From the NCBI GenBank assembly GCA_023663905.1, contig JAMPGO010000001.1, forward strand, positions 452,601-516,600: a DNA stretch of 64,000 bases, read 5' to 3'. This document shows positions 48,356 through 59,088 of this stretch, piece after piece. The stretch's first letter is position 1, and every line of letters starts with the position of its first letter. Under the pieces are notes generated by a model. That model was given only the letters and a program-made list of their open reading frames with translations. It had not been told where the DNA came from and searched no databases. The position numbers and the translations under genes were made by a program. The stretch comes from Ruminococcus flavefaciens (GTDB taxonomy: Bacteria > Bacillota > Clostridia > Oscillospirales > Ruminococcaceae).

Positions 48356-48514
48356 AACAAACCTCCGTAAAAATATACTATCTTTATTATATCATATTCC
48401 GAAAATAATTTCAAGTGTCTGACATTCGAATCTTTGAAAAATGTCTGCTCCTGTATGCAAAAAAATAAATGCCGTACTGATTTTTTCAAATCAGCACAGC
48501 ATTTTTTTATTCTA

Positions 48515-50977
48515 TCAGCCTCTCAGCTCAGCACCGATATTTGCAAGTGCCTTGAGAGCCTTTTTAACTGCTCCGTCAGCCTGCTCGTCAGTAAGCGTAC
48601 CCTCGTGGGAGCGCATTGAAATCGAGTAGGAAACGCTCTTCTTGCCCTCTTCAATCTGCTTGCCCTTGTAAACATCAAAGAGAGTAACTTTCTCAAGAAT
48701 CTTTCCGACAGCATTCCTGATAGCCTTTTCAAGCTCGGCAACAGGTACTTCGTCGTCAACGATAAGGCTAAGGTCACGGGTAGTTGCAGGGAACTTCGGA
48801 AGCGGACTGTATGTTATCTTGCCCTCTGCGCATTCCATAAGCTCAGGAATATTCAGCTTTGCAACATAGGTCTTTGTGCCTATCTCGTAAGTCTCCTGCA
48901 CTTCGGGATGTACTTCGCCCATAATGCCGAGGTGCTTGCCGTCCTTAAGGATAACAGCGCTTCTGCCCGGGTGAAGAGCATATTTCTCGTCAAATACTTC
49001 GCAGTCGCCTGCACGGACATACTCAACATCGCAGATATTGATTTCAGCGAAAAGCTGTTCAACCATACCTTTGAGCGTGTAGAAATCAGAATCACCGCCG
49101 TACATTCCTATAGTAAGTCTCTGCGGTTCGTCGGGAAGCTGGTATTCGTATTCGTGGCGAGGTTTTCCGCTGTTAACGAGGTTCGCCTCTTCGGGAGAGT
49201 AATTCCTCTTCTCCTCAACGGGAAGGTATTCCTTTGCGATTTCAAACAGACAGGCTTTTTCATTTCTGTTGTTGTAGTTGAAAGCAAGCACATCAAGCAT
49301 TGACGGGATTGTTGAGGTTCTCATAACGCTTGTATCTTCGCCGAGCGGATTGACAATCTTAACAACCTTGCGGAGTCTGCTGTTCTCGGGAAGCCTGATT
49401 TTATCAAAATACTTCGGCGAAACAAATGAATAAGTTGCAATCTCATATCCGCCGAGTGAAACCGCTGTATCTCTGAGCGTGCGGACGAACTTCTGTTCGG
49501 GAGTAAATTCAGCTCTTGCAACTCCACGGAAATCGGTTGACGGAATATTATTGTAGCCGTAGATTCTTGCGACTTCCTCTGCAATATCAGCCCTGCACTC
49601 TATATCGATTCTGAACGACGGCGCAATAACCTTGCCGTCCTCAAATTCAAAGCCGAGACGTGTGAGATAATCGACCATATCGGCTTCGGGAATGTCAGTA
49701 CCGAGGAAATCGTTAATCCAAGCGGAATCAAAATCAACCGCACTCTTCTTTTCACGGTCAAGGTAATCGCAGTCAATGACAGTGTTAAGCACCTCGCCTG
49801 CTCCGAGTTCTTCAACAAGCTCAAATGCACGCTTCAGGCAGGTCATAGAGATAAACGGGTCAACACCCTTTTCGTAACGTGCGGAAGCGTCGGATTTGAG
49901 ACGGAGCTTCTTGGACGTACTGCGCACCTGCGACGGCTCAAAATAAGCGGATTCAAATACAACCGTTGTCGTATCGTCCATAATACCGCTGTATTCACCG
50001 CCCATTATTCCTGCAACAGCAACAGGCTTCTTCTCGTCGGCAATAACAAGCATATCATCGCTGAGTTCACGCTCAACACCGTCAAGAGTCATAATCTTCT
50101 CGCCGTCAACAGCATTGCGAACATTAATCTTTGCGCCCTCAACATAACGCAGGTCGAAAGCGTGCATAGGCTGACCGTATTCGAGCATAACGTAGTTGGT
50201 TATATCAACAAAGTTGTTGATAGGACGTACACCGCTTGCCCTGAGACGTTCTCTCATCCAGCGTGGCGACGGCTCAATCTTAACATTCTTTACGATACCT
50301 GCGCAGTATCTCTTACACTTTTCGGTATTCTTGATTTCAACGCTGAGAAGCTCGTTTATATCGCCGTCAACACCCTTGTATTCAGGCGCTTTTACATTAA
50401 GCGGAAGATTATATGTTGCGGATGTTTCCCTTGCAAGTCCGATTACGCTGAGACAGTCGGGGCGGTTTGAGGTAATCTCAAACTCAACGGAAGTATCATT
50501 CAGACCGATTGCGGACTGTATGTCCTGCCCGATTTCGCAGTCCTCCTGCATAATAAAAATGCCGTCCTCGATAGCATACGGGAAATCTCTCTTGTCAAGT
50601 CCGAGTTCGCCGAGTGAACAGAGCATACCGTTTGAAGCCACTCCACGAAGCTTGCCCTTCTTGATTTTCACGCCGTTCGGAAGTGTTGAACCGTCAAGCG
50701 CCACAGGAATAATATCTCCTGCATTTACATTTGATGCGCCCGTAACAATCTGCACAGGCTCGTCCCTGCCGACTTCAACCTGACAGACAACAAGGTGGTC
50801 GGAATTTTCGTGCGGTACAACTGACAGGATTTTTCCGACAACAACGTTGGAAATCTCCTTGCCCTCTGTTTCAAAGCACTCAACCTTAGAACCGCTCATC
50901 GTGAGAGCGTGACAGTAATCTTTTATCGGCACGTCGATGTCAACATAATCGGCAAGCCATTTCATTGATAAATTCAT
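48515..50977 (-). CDS. pheT: Phenylalanyl-tRNA synthetase beta subunit
   Basis: OB-fold tRNA-binding domain, NRPDCLS, DITNYV, EEVARIYGY, FDX-ACB C-terminus. Confidence 0.98.
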   Translation of the reverse strand: MNLSMKWLADYVDIDVPIKDYCHALTMSGSKVECFETEGKEISNVVVGKILSVVPHENSDHLVVCQVEVGRDEPVQIVTGASNVNAGDIIPVALDGSTLPNGVKIKKGKLRGVASNGMLCSLGELGLDKRDFPYAIEDGIFIMQEDCEIGQDIQSAIGLNDTSVEFEITSNRPDCLSVIGLARETSATYNLPLNVKAPEYKGVDGDINELLSVEIKNTEKCKRYCAGIVKNVKIEPSPRWMRERLRASGVRPINNFVDITNYVMLEYGQPMHAFDLRYVEGAKINVRNAVDGEKIMTLDGVERELSDDMLVIADEKKPVAVAGIMGGEYSGIMDDTTTVVFESAYFEPSQVRSTSKKLRLKSDASARYEKGVDPFISMTCLKRAFELVEELGAGEVLNTVIDCDYLDREKKSAVDFDSAWINDFLGTDIPEADMVDYLTRLGFEFEDGKVIAPSFRIDIECRADIAEEVARIYGYNNIPSTDFRGVARAEFTPEQKFVRTLRDTAVSLGGYEIATYSFVSPKYFDKIRLPENSRLRKVVKIVNPLGEDTSVMRTSTIPSMLDVLAFNYNNRNEKACLFEIAKEYLPVEEKRNYSPEEANLVNSGKPRHEYEYQLPDEPQRLTIGMYGGDSDFYTLKGMVEQLFAEINICDVEYVRAGDCEVFDEKYALHPGRSAVILKDGKHLGIMGEVHPEVQETYEIGTKTYVAKLNIPELMECAEGKITYSPLPKFPATTRDLSLIVDDEVPVAELEKAIRNAVGKILEKVTLFDVYKGKQIEEGKKSVSYSISMRSHEGTLTDEQADGAVKKALKALANIGAELRG

Positions 50978-51014
50978 TTTATCACTATCCTTTTCAAGTT
51001 ATTTCTATAATAAA

Positions 51015-52043
51015 TCAGAACTGCTCTAAGAATCTCACATCGTTCTCGTAAAGCAGACGGAGGTCGTTAATATCGTAGCGACCCATAACCATACGCTCAA
51101 GACCGAGACCGAATGCGAATCCTGAATATACAGTGCTGTCAATACCACAGTTTTCGAGTACCTTCGGGTGAACCATACCTGCGCCGAGAAGCTCGATATA
51201 GCCCTCGTCCTTGCACATCGAACAGCCACAGCCACCGCAGTTGAAACAGCTTATATCAACCTCACAGCTGGGTTCGGTGAACGGGAAGTGGTGCGGACGG
51301 AATCTGAGCTTGCAGTCGTTGCCGTAAAGCTTCTTCATAAGCATTTCAAGAGTACCTTTAAGGTCGCTCATCTTTATGCCCTTGTCAACAACAAGTCCCT
51401 CAATCTGGTGGAATAACGGCGAATGGGTAGCGTCAACAGCGTCCGAGCGGAAAACACGTCCGGGAGAAATAATCCTGATAGGCGGTTTCTGTGTTTCCAT
51501 AACGTGAACCTGAACGGAAGAAGTCTGAGTACGGAGCAGGATTTTTTCGTCAGTACCCTCGATATAGAAAGTATCCTGAGTATCACGTGCAGGGTGGTCG
51601 GGCGGAAGATTAAGCGCCTCGAAAACGTGGTAGTCGTCGTCGATTTCAGGACCGTCGGCGATGTCGAATCCCATACCCATAAAAATTTCACGGATTTCAT
51701 TCTCAACTTTGGTAAGCGGATGAAGCTTGCCGAAAGGAGCGGTTTTTCCGGGAAGAGTTATATCAATCGTTTCGGCACGGAGCTTGTTTTCCTGAGCCAA
51801 TGATTTAAGTGCAGAGAGTTTACTGCTTACAGCTTCCTCAATATCAGCCCTGACTTTGTTAGCGAGCTGACCGATAACAGGGCGCTCTTCGGCGGAGAGC
51901 TTTCCCATCTGCTTCAGGATAGCCGTAAGTTCGCCTTTTTTGCCCAGAAATTTAATTCTAAGGTCATCGAGTGCCTTGATGTCACTGCATAACGAAAGCT
52001 CCTGTTTTGCGAGAGCTTCGATTTTTTCAAGCTGTTCTTTCAT
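51015..52043 (-). CDS. pheS: Phenylalanyl-tRNA synthetase alpha subunit
   Basis: HPARDTQDTF, LRTQTS, FHQIEG, FPFTEPS, GFAFGLGLER. Confidence 0.98.
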   Translation of the reverse strand: MKEQLEKIEALAKQELSLCSDIKALDDLRIKFLGKKGELTAILKQMGKLSAEERPVIGQLANKVRADIEEAVSSKLSALKSLAQENKLRAETIDITLPGKTAPFGKLHPLTKVENEIREIFMGMGFDIADGPEIDDDYHVFEALNLPPDHPARDTQDTFYIEGTDEKILLRTQTSSVQVHVMETQKPPIRIISPGRVFRSDAVDATHSPLFHQIEGLVVDKGIKMSDLKGTLEMLMKKLYGNDCKLRFRPHHFPFTEPSCEVDISCFNCGGCGCSMCKDEGYIELLGAGMVHPKVLENCGIDSTVYSGFAFGLGLERMVMGRYDINDLRLLYENDVRFLEQF

Positions 52044-52210
52044 TTTATCACCTCAAAGAATATTTGTACAATATTTATATTATAGCTGAAACGTCAGAAA
52101 AAATCAAGTTATTTTGAAAAATTTTCTTATAATTATTGAATTTCCGCAAAAAGTATGTTATTATATTATATGTGTTAAAAATTAACCTGCTCTCGCAAAG
52201 GAGAATGACA

Positions 52211-53617
52211 TTGAAAAAGAAGCTTATGATAATCCCTGCAATGATACTGACGTTGCTTGCTTCCTGTGCGGATTCAGCAGGCACAAGCCCTGTCAGTTCC
52301 GAGACATCACCGCAGGAAGTTACGGAAAAAGAGGATATTATTCTCACAATGGCAAGCCGTGGAATATCACGGTACAGAATCGGCAGTGAAAATTTTATTG
52401 ACAGGTTCAACGAAGCGGACAACGGCTATAAAATCATTGAAGTTGACTACGGCGAATATTTTGACGGCGGAAATGAATCGGCTTCCGAGGACTGGATTGA
52501 CAGAGACCGAGAGCTGACTCTTGACATAATGCAGGGCGGAGTTGTTGACATTGTGCCAAATATATTCAACGACCACGGAAAATATATATCTCTGGCTGAA
52601 AAGGGTGCTTTTGCCGACCTGAATAATTTTATTGAAAACGACCCTGAAACAAGCGGTGACGTGCTGTTTTCCCACGTTCTTGAAACAGTTGAAACAAACG
52701 GTCAGCTTGCATTTATGCCATTATCTTTTTCAATAAGCACCATAACAGGAAAGTCAGAATATGTCGGCTATAAGGAAAACTGGTCACTCGATGAGCTGAA
52801 AAAACGCTGGGCAGAAGTTCCGCCCGATTTGCAGTTCGCTTACAGCAACACAAAAGATAAGGTCTACTACACTTTACTGCGTGGCAATCTCAATTCGTTT
52901 ATTGATTATGATAATGCCGAGTGTTATTTTGATTCACAGGAATTTACAGATATACTGGACTTTATCAATACTTTTGACGAACCGCTGAGCTATAAGGAGG
53001 AAACCGATTACAAGCCTTTTTTTATTACAGAAACGAGAATATCAAGTTTTCAGAGCTGGCACGACGCATTATGGAACACGGAAAATGATGATATAACGTT
53101 TGTCGGCTATCCTTCCGCAGACGGAAACGGCGCATTTATTGATATATCCGAAAATCAGATTGCCATAAGCGCCTCTTCCTCTCCTGAAAAACAGCAGGGT
53201 GCGTGGGAGTTTATAAAACTGCTCATTTCCGAGGAATATCAGTCAAATATAACACATCCGCCCGATGTTGTCATCAACGGAACTAATTACAGCTTTCCCG
53301 ACTGCGGTTTTCCGATTAATTACAACGTTTTCAGGAAACAGGGCGAGGAGCAGTATATCAATGAGGAAAAAGAAAATATAATCGAAATTGCGGGAATGTC
53401 TCCGATAAATATCGGCTATCTTAAAAAATCGGAATACGACCGCCTTGTTGATTACATAAACAGCATTCAGGTAAGCACATCGCTCATAGAAAGCGAACTG
53501 AAAAGCATAATCGAAGATGAAATATGGGCTGTATTTGCAGGCGAGCTGACATCCGCAGAAGCTTCCGCCAATATACAGAACAGGGTATCAATTCTTGTGA
53601 GCGAGCGTTATGAATAA
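52211..53617 (+). CDS. Extracellular solute-binding lipoprotein (family 1-like)
   Basis: TTG start after AAGGAG, lipobox LASC, FN, DL..FI, P.SF, FVGYP, GAWEFIK. No permease genes adjacent. Confidence 0.8.
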   Translation: MKKKLMIIPAMILTLLASCADSAGTSPVSSETSPQEVTEKEDIILTMASRGISRYRIGSENFIDRFNEADNGYKIIEVDYGEYFDGGNESASEDWIDRDRELTLDIMQGGVVDIVPNIFNDHGKYISLAEKGAFADLNNFIENDPETSGDVLFSHVLETVETNGQLAFMPLSFSISTITGKSEYVGYKENWSLDELKKRWAEVPPDLQFAYSNTKDKVYYTLLRGNLNSFIDYDNAECYFDSQEFTDILDFINTFDEPLSYKEETDYKPFFITETRISSFQSWHDALWNTENDDITFVGYPSADGNGAFIDISENQIAISASSSPEKQQGAWEFIKLLISEEYQSNITHPPDVVINGTNYSFPDCGFPINYNVFRKQGEEQYINEEKENIIEIAGMSPINIGYLKKSEYDRLVDYINSIQVSTSLIESELKSIIEDEIWAVFAGELTSAEASANIQNRVSILVSERYE

Positions 53618-53640
53618 ATACAGAAACGGAGTAAGTAACT

Positions 53641-54168
53641 ATGGATAATTTTGCAGAACAGCTTGTTAAAAAACAGCCTACCAAAAGCGACAGAACCAAG
53701 CACATCATCGCCCTTGTAATCGGAATGGGACTGGTACTGTTTTTTGTGGCGACATCAATTCTCACAATAGGAAGCGGTGGACTTTTCGGCTTCCTCGGAA
53801 TCATTCTCGCTGTATTCACGGGAATTATGACGTTTATCAGCCACAGAAATACGCAGGTTGAATACGAGTACACGTTCACGAACGGCGACCTTGATATTGA
53901 CAAGATAATCGCACAGTCGAAGCGCAAGGAGATGATTTCAACACAGGTAAGCAAGTTCACGGCTTTCGGCAAGTACGATTTGAGCGTTCCCGAGGAAACA
54001 GCAGATATGACTGTCGTGTATGCTTCCGACAATATTATGTCGCACGAATATTATGCAGATTTTCAGCACGAGGAATACGGAAACACAAGGCTTGTATTCT
54101 GTCCTGATGAAAGAATGCTGAGTAATATAAATAACTGTCTGCCCAGACAACTGAAAAAAGGAGTGTGA
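53641..54168 (+). CDS. Two-TM membrane protein (DUF6106-like)
   Basis: EQLVKK, two TMs, VEYEYTFTNGDLDIDKI..QSKRK. Confidence 0.65.
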   Translation: MDNFAEQLVKKQPTKSDRTKHIIALVIGMGLVLFFVATSILTIGSGGLFGFLGIILAVFTGIMTFISHRNTQVEYEYTFTNGDLDIDKIIAQSKRKEMISTQVSKFTAFGKYDLSVPEETADMTVVYASDNIMSHEYYADFQHEEYGNTRLVFCPDERMLSNINNCLPRQLKKGV

Positions 54169-54172
54169 ATTT

Positions 54173-55846
54173 ATGCGGATTGTAACCGTAAAGCAGATGT
54201 CGGCGGTTGAGGATATGTCCGAGAAGCTGTGTGTTTCCAAGAAAACGCTTATGCAGAATGCCGGAGAGAAAATCGCCTGCCGTATTATGGAGATTACCGC
54301 TTCCGAGCAGGTAAAGCCCGAAGATACGCACATCGTTTTCCTTGCAGGAGGAGGCAATAACGGCGGAGACTGCTTTGCCTGCGCTAATATCCTCGTATAC
54401 AGAGGATACAACATCACCGTTGTCAATCTCGTTAAAGCGCCGTCAACGGATTTGGCTAAGGAGTATTTTTCAGCCCTGCCCGATAAAGTCAACATCATCA
54501 CAGGGTACAGGAGCGAGAACGTGAGTACCGCTGTAAGGGCTTCGGGGTTCGATTATATGACGATTCAGGACAAGGAATCGATTTCGGGAAAAACCGACCC
54601 TGCGCTTGAAAAAATCCTGATAAGCGAGCGTGAGAGACTTGCCGAGATAAGAAACGCAGTTGTTTCGGCTGATATTCTTGTTGACGGAGTATTCGGCACA
54701 GGCTTCAAGGGAGAGCTTGACAAGGAACTTATGACGATTTTCTCGTTCGGAACAGGTGCGTACAAGATAGCTGTTGATATACCGAGCGGAGGAGACGCTT
54801 CAAAGGGTACTGTCCCGACGGGTATTTTCAAGGCTGACGAAACTATCTGTCTCGGCTGTCTCAAGTTTGGTATGACGCAGTATCCGCTTAAAAAATTCTG
54901 CGGAAATATCACCATAGCTGACATATGTATTCCCAACGGCGCATACGATGTTATTGAGGGCAAGCGTGAATACTACAGGCTGGAGCGCAACAGTCTCGCA
55001 GGATTTCCGCCGAAAAGGGAACGTGACGCACACAAGGGCATTTTCGGCACTGTCCTCGTTATTTCGGGCAGTTCGTCAATGCGAGGTGCGGCGGCTTTTG
55101 CGGTACTCGGCGCACTGCGGAGCGGTGCTGGAATCGTAAGGCTTGCGAGTGTTGAAAAGTGCATAGATACCGTTTCCGTACTCGCTCCCGAAGCAACTTT
55201 CATTGAGCTTGAAAGCGACGAAAACGGATTTATGAAGTTCAATGCGGATATACTCTCAAAGGCTCTGGAAAAAGTCAGCTCCGTTGTTATCGGCTCGGGA
55301 ATGGGTGTGACGGAAGATACTATGGAAATCGTGCGCTTTATTGTGCAGAATGCCGAAGTTCCCGTAATTATCGATGCCGACGGCATAAACTGCATAGCGC
55401 AGGACATAGAAATATTAATGAACAGGAAGTCCGAAGTAATCATCACTCCGCACCCGGGCGAAATGGCTCGCCTGCTCAAATGCGATGCGAAGATGATTAA
55501 CGACAACAGAATTATGGTTGCCGAAAAATATGCCGAGCAGTACGGAATTATCGTCGTCCTCAAAGGAGCAGGCACGATTATTGCCGACCGCCACAGGACT
55601 TCCGCAAACCACACAGGCAACGCAGGTATGAGCAAGGGCGGAAGCGGTGATATTCTCTCGGGAATCATCGGCTCAACCGTCGCACAGAATATTCCGCCGT
55701 ACGACGCAGCCTGTGCAGGAGTATATATGCACGGTCTCGCAGGAGATTCCGCCTGTCAGAAGTTCGGGCAGGAGGCTATGCTTCCCCGTGATGTCGTGGA
55801 CTGCCTCTCAGACGCATTCAGAACCCTCAAGGAAAAATTACGTTAA
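54173..55846 (+). CDS. nnr: Bifunctional NAD(P)H-hydrate epimerase/dehydratase
   Basis: G.GNNGGD, DGVFGTG, AVDIPSG; HKG.FG, IDADG, TPHPGE, LKGAGT, GGSGD.L.G. Confidence 0.93.
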   Translation: MRIVTVKQMSAVEDMSEKLCVSKKTLMQNAGEKIACRIMEITASEQVKPEDTHIVFLAGGGNNGGDCFACANILVYRGYNITVVNLVKAPSTDLAKEYFSALPDKVNIITGYRSENVSTAVRASGFDYMTIQDKESISGKTDPALEKILISERERLAEIRNAVVSADILVDGVFGTGFKGELDKELMTIFSFGTGAYKIAVDIPSGGDASKGTVPTGIFKADETICLGCLKFGMTQYPLKKFCGNITIADICIPNGAYDVIEGKREYYRLERNSLAGFPPKRERDAHKGIFGTVLVISGSSSMRGAAAFAVLGALRSGAGIVRLASVEKCIDTVSVLAPEATFIELESDENGFMKFNADILSKALEKVSSVVIGSGMGVTEDTMEIVRFIVQNAEVPVIIDADGINCIAQDIEILMNRKSEVIITPHPGEMARLLKCDAKMINDNRIMVAEKYAEQYGIIVVLKGAGTIIADRHRTSANHTGNAGMSKGGSGDILSGIIGSTVAQNIPPYDAACAGVYMHGLAGDSACQKFGQEAMLPRDVVDCLSDAFRTLKEKLR

Positions 55847-55900
55847 TCAAATAAACGGACGTTAAAAGTCAGCATAAATAATCCAGAGGAGATTTTTATT

Positions 55901-56506
55901 ATGAAAAAACTTTTTTCGTCCGTTTTTATTTTATTTGCATTCTGTCTCGCCTCGTGTTCCGCACCAATGCAGACAACGCAGAGCAGGCAGAATAATCTTG
56001 ATTCCGCATTCAGCTCGGAAATAACGCTGACCCTTGACAAGCTCACTGCCGAAGGTACTCTTAAACGTTACGGCGACAGCGAATGGGAGATTGAATTTTT
56101 ATCGCCGAACACGCTGAGCGGAGTAAATCTCGCATTCAGTCAGGGCAATGTCAATGCCAGCTATAAGGGACTGAGCTTTTCCGTACCCAAATCCGCACTT
56201 CCTGTCAAGGCTATGCTTGTCAATCTGATTGAAGCCGTCGATACGAACGCACGTTCCGAAGAGCTGAAAGGCTCGGAAAATGAAGGTATGCTGGAAATAT
56301 CGGGTACTCTCGAGGGCGGTGACTATCTCCTTACCGTTGACGGCAACGGCAATATATCATCGTTTGATATGCCGAATAACCTGCTTGAAATAAACTTCAA
56401 CGATATACAGGCGATTTCGGGCAGTCCTGCTCCGACGGAAGAAACAACGGCAGTCACGGCGGAAACGACTACTTCGGCGGAAAGTAGTAGTCAAGCAACA
56501 GATTGA
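55901..56506 (+). CDS. Lipoprotein of unknown function
   Basis: Lipobox LASC, RBS GAGGAG, Thr/Ser-rich tail. Confidence 0.75.
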   Translation: MKKLFSSVFILFAFCLASCSAPMQTTQSRQNNLDSAFSSEITLTLDKLTAEGTLKRYGDSEWEIEFLSPNTLSGVNLAFSQGNVNASYKGLSFSVPKSALPVKAMLVNLIEAVDTNARSEELKGSENEGMLEISGTLEGGDYLLTVDGNGNISSFDMPNNLLEINFNDIQAISGSPAPTEETTAVTAETTTSAESSSQATD

Positions 56507-57563
56507 CCATACGTGAGTAGCTTGCATTGCCGTCCTCAACACCGTTGAGCTTCATACTTGTATCGGCAGCCGTGTTATATACAGCGTCAACCGTCTCGGT
56601 CGGGATGATTTCCTTTTCCTCATTGTCCTCCCAGTAGTTTTCGGGTAGGAATCTGAACCAGTCGTTGCGGACTTCCTGAGAAATTCCGTCTGTCAGTTCA
56701 TAGCCCGATACGATTTCGTTTCTGTAAATCTGATTATGTACATATTCGAGGGCTTTGAGATAACCGCTGTACCGCACCTCCGCACTGTCGCTAGCCGATG
56801 TTGCTATAAACGATATGAAGTTAGCCTCATCCTCCTGCATAAAGCCTTTGAGATGAGCGTATTCGTGGCAGATTACCTCGGGCTTGATTTCGTCAACCAT
56901 ATCGCCGTTGTAAGTTGATTCCATAGAGAACGGAAAATACATACCTGCCGTGCCTGTCTGGCTCATAAAAAACGAGAACATAATCGGCTTGGGCTTCGGA
57001 TAGTACCCTTTTAACTGCGGGTACTGTTCGGAAGCCTTTTTCATTGCCTTCCTGCACTCGTCAACAGGGTCAACCGTGAGCGTAAAGCGGTTATTCTCAT
57101 CTCTTGGTACTTCCTGTGCGAGTTCGTTGCACTCGTCAATAAGCAGGGAATAAAGCTGTTTGAGTTCGTCATTGTTATGCGTTGCGGAAGTAAAGAAGCG
57201 TTCGGAAAATCTCGTACAGCCGTAGAGCGTAAAGCAATTTAGCGACTCCGTTGAAACTATGAATGCGAAAATCCACATAACCGTAAGCAGTGAGATTTCA
57301 AGGGTTTTTGCACGTGTTTTTTTAATAATCAGGCAGATTATCATTGCAGGAATGCCGATAATCACTAGCAGAACAGCTGTAATTATCATAATTTCGCCAA
57401 GAGATACGGGAAGAAGTCCGCTTAGGAATGCATAGGGTGTTGATATGACAGGGAATATGTAATCGGCATAGAAATCGGCAAAACGGCGGAAAAGTCTGCC
57501 TGCGACGGTAAGCAGAACCGCAAGCAGTGTTATAATGGCAGGAATAATAAACCGCTTTTTCAT
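56469..57563 (-). CDS. DUF3810-like membrane-anchored zincin metallopeptidase
   Basis: N-terminal TMs, G.YFPF..E, CHEYAH.KG...EDEANF, RYSGY. Confidence 0.8.
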   Translation of the reverse strand: MKKRFIIPAIITLLAVLLTVAGRLFRRFADFYADYIFPVISTPYAFLSGLLPVSLGEIMIITAVLLVIIGIPAMIICLIIKKTRAKTLEISLLTVMWIFAFIVSTESLNCFTLYGCTRFSERFFTSATHNNDELKQLYSLLIDECNELAQEVPRDENNRFTLTVDPVDECRKAMKKASEQYPQLKGYYPKPKPIMFSFFMSQTGTAGMYFPFSMESTYNGDMVDEIKPEVICHEYAHLKGFMQEDEANFISFIATSASDSAEVRYSGYLKALEYVHNQIYRNEIVSGYELTDGISQEVRNDWFRFLPENYWEDNEEKEIIPTETVDAVYNTAADTSMKLNGVEDGNASYSRMVNLLLDYYFPPK

Positions 57564-59074
57564 TACTTCTGCGGAGACAGCGGAATTGAATCTATCAGCC
57601 CTGCTTTTAACTGCTGTATAACGAGCGCATCCATTCCCGTGATACCCTCTGCGCCGTCAACATCAGCATTACGCAAGCCCTGGTCATCAAGAGCGTACTT
57701 GTCCCTGTTGCCAAGGTGCTGAATAATCGCAGCTGCGTCGGCAATATCAACAGAACCGTCGCAGTTTGCGTCGCCGTAAAGCACAAATGATACATTATTC
57801 AGTACCTTAACACGCACCCACAGATTACCGCCCGACGATTCCGCCCTTATTACAGCCTCGCCGATACCTTTTGCGGTAACAGTACCCTTTTCGTCAGCCA
57901 CAGCCACGCTCTCATCCGACGAGCTGAAGCGTACATCATCTGTCATACCCGAATATGAGAGCGAAAGCGTTCCGCCTATGCCGTTTATCTCAAAAGTCTG
58001 CATAATATCTTCAAGATTGAAATCAACATCAACGTTAAGCGCATATTTTCTGCCGTCCGTCTCGGCATAAATTATACACGTACCCTTTTTTATGCCCGAA
58101 ACAACTCCGCCCTTGCTTATTACCGCAATATCCTCGTCGGAACTGCTCCACGCAATAACGGAATCCTGCGGAATGCCCGAAATGGTAATCGTCTGCATAT
58201 AATTGTCAGCGGTAAGACTTATACTGCCGATGTTGATAATATCGGACGATTCGCCCGTATACGTGGAAACAACGTCGATGTAATTCCTCGTATTGCCGAT
58301 TTCAGCGAAAATCCTGCAACTACCCTCGCCCTTTGCCGTAACTGTACCGTCAGCCGAAACAACAGCAACGCTCTCGTCCGTACTGCTGTACTTTATTTCC
58401 GTACCGTCAGGAACGTCAAATTTAATCGTCTGCACAAAAGACTGATTCGTCAGGGTCATATCGCCTATATGCACTTCCGTAATTTCAGGCTCTTGGTACT
58501 CATAATCGGAAACAACAGTAATGTGATACACTGTCCCGTTACTTTCCGCACTGACTGTGCAAGTACCCTTGCCGACAGCCGTAATATTACCCTCGCCGTC
58601 AACAACCGCCACGCTCTTATCCGAACTTCTCCAGACGAGAGATGACATATCAACATTGCTGAGCGTAGCCTGTGCCGTCGGCTGAGCGTTGCTTAGACTG
58701 ATAGTGCCGACATTTACCACGCTTTCAATAACCAGATGTTCGTAGGTAGAAGTTACATAGATATAATAGTACGTATCCGTCGGAAGATAATGTGCCGAAA
58801 CAACACAAGTACCTGCTCCGACAGCCGTTATATTACCGCTGTTGTCAACTGTCGCAATGCTTTTGTCCGAAGAGTCCCAGAGGAGTGCGGACGTGTCAAT
58901 TCCTGTGATTGAAGAGGTTGCCGTCGGGTGCATTTTGTCAAGAGTAAGTTCTCCGATGATTACAGTGTTTTCCGCATAAGCCGTATTATTGCAGTAATCC
59001 GCACTGTACGCAACAGGAGTTCCTGCAATCACGCATAAAGCCATTAAAGCAGTAATTATTTTTTTACAGTTCAT
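57563..59074 (-). CDS. Secreted protein with five Big_2 Ig-like repeats and C-terminal dockerin
   Basis: Signal peptide; five W/Y/F-xSSD.S.A.V...G.ITA.G.G repeats; GDANCDGSVDIADA...ADVDG..GIT..DA dockerin. Confidence 0.88.
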   Translation of the reverse strand: MNCKKIITALMALCVIAGTPVAYSADYCNNTAYAENTVIIGELTLDKMHPTATSSITGIDTSALLWDSSDKSIATVDNSGNITAVGAGTCVVSAHYLPTDTYYYIYVTSTYEHLVIESVVNVGTISLSNAQPTAQATLSNVDMSSLVWRSSDKSVAVVDGEGNITAVGKGTCTVSAESNGTVYHITVVSDYEYQEPEITEVHIGDMTLTNQSFVQTIKFDVPDGTEIKYSSTDESVAVVSADGTVTAKGEGSCRIFAEIGNTRNYIDVVSTYTGESSDIINIGSISLTADNYMQTITISGIPQDSVIAWSSSDEDIAVISKGGVVSGIKKGTCIIYAETDGRKYALNVDVDFNLEDIMQTFEINGIGGTLSLSYSGMTDDVRFSSSDESVAVADEKGTVTAKGIGEAVIRAESSGGNLWVRVKVLNNVSFVLYGDANCDGSVDIADAAAIIQHLGNRDKYALDDQGLRNADVDGAEGITGMDALVIQQLKAGLIDSIPLSPQK

Positions 59075-59088
59075 ATTTTTTATCTCCG

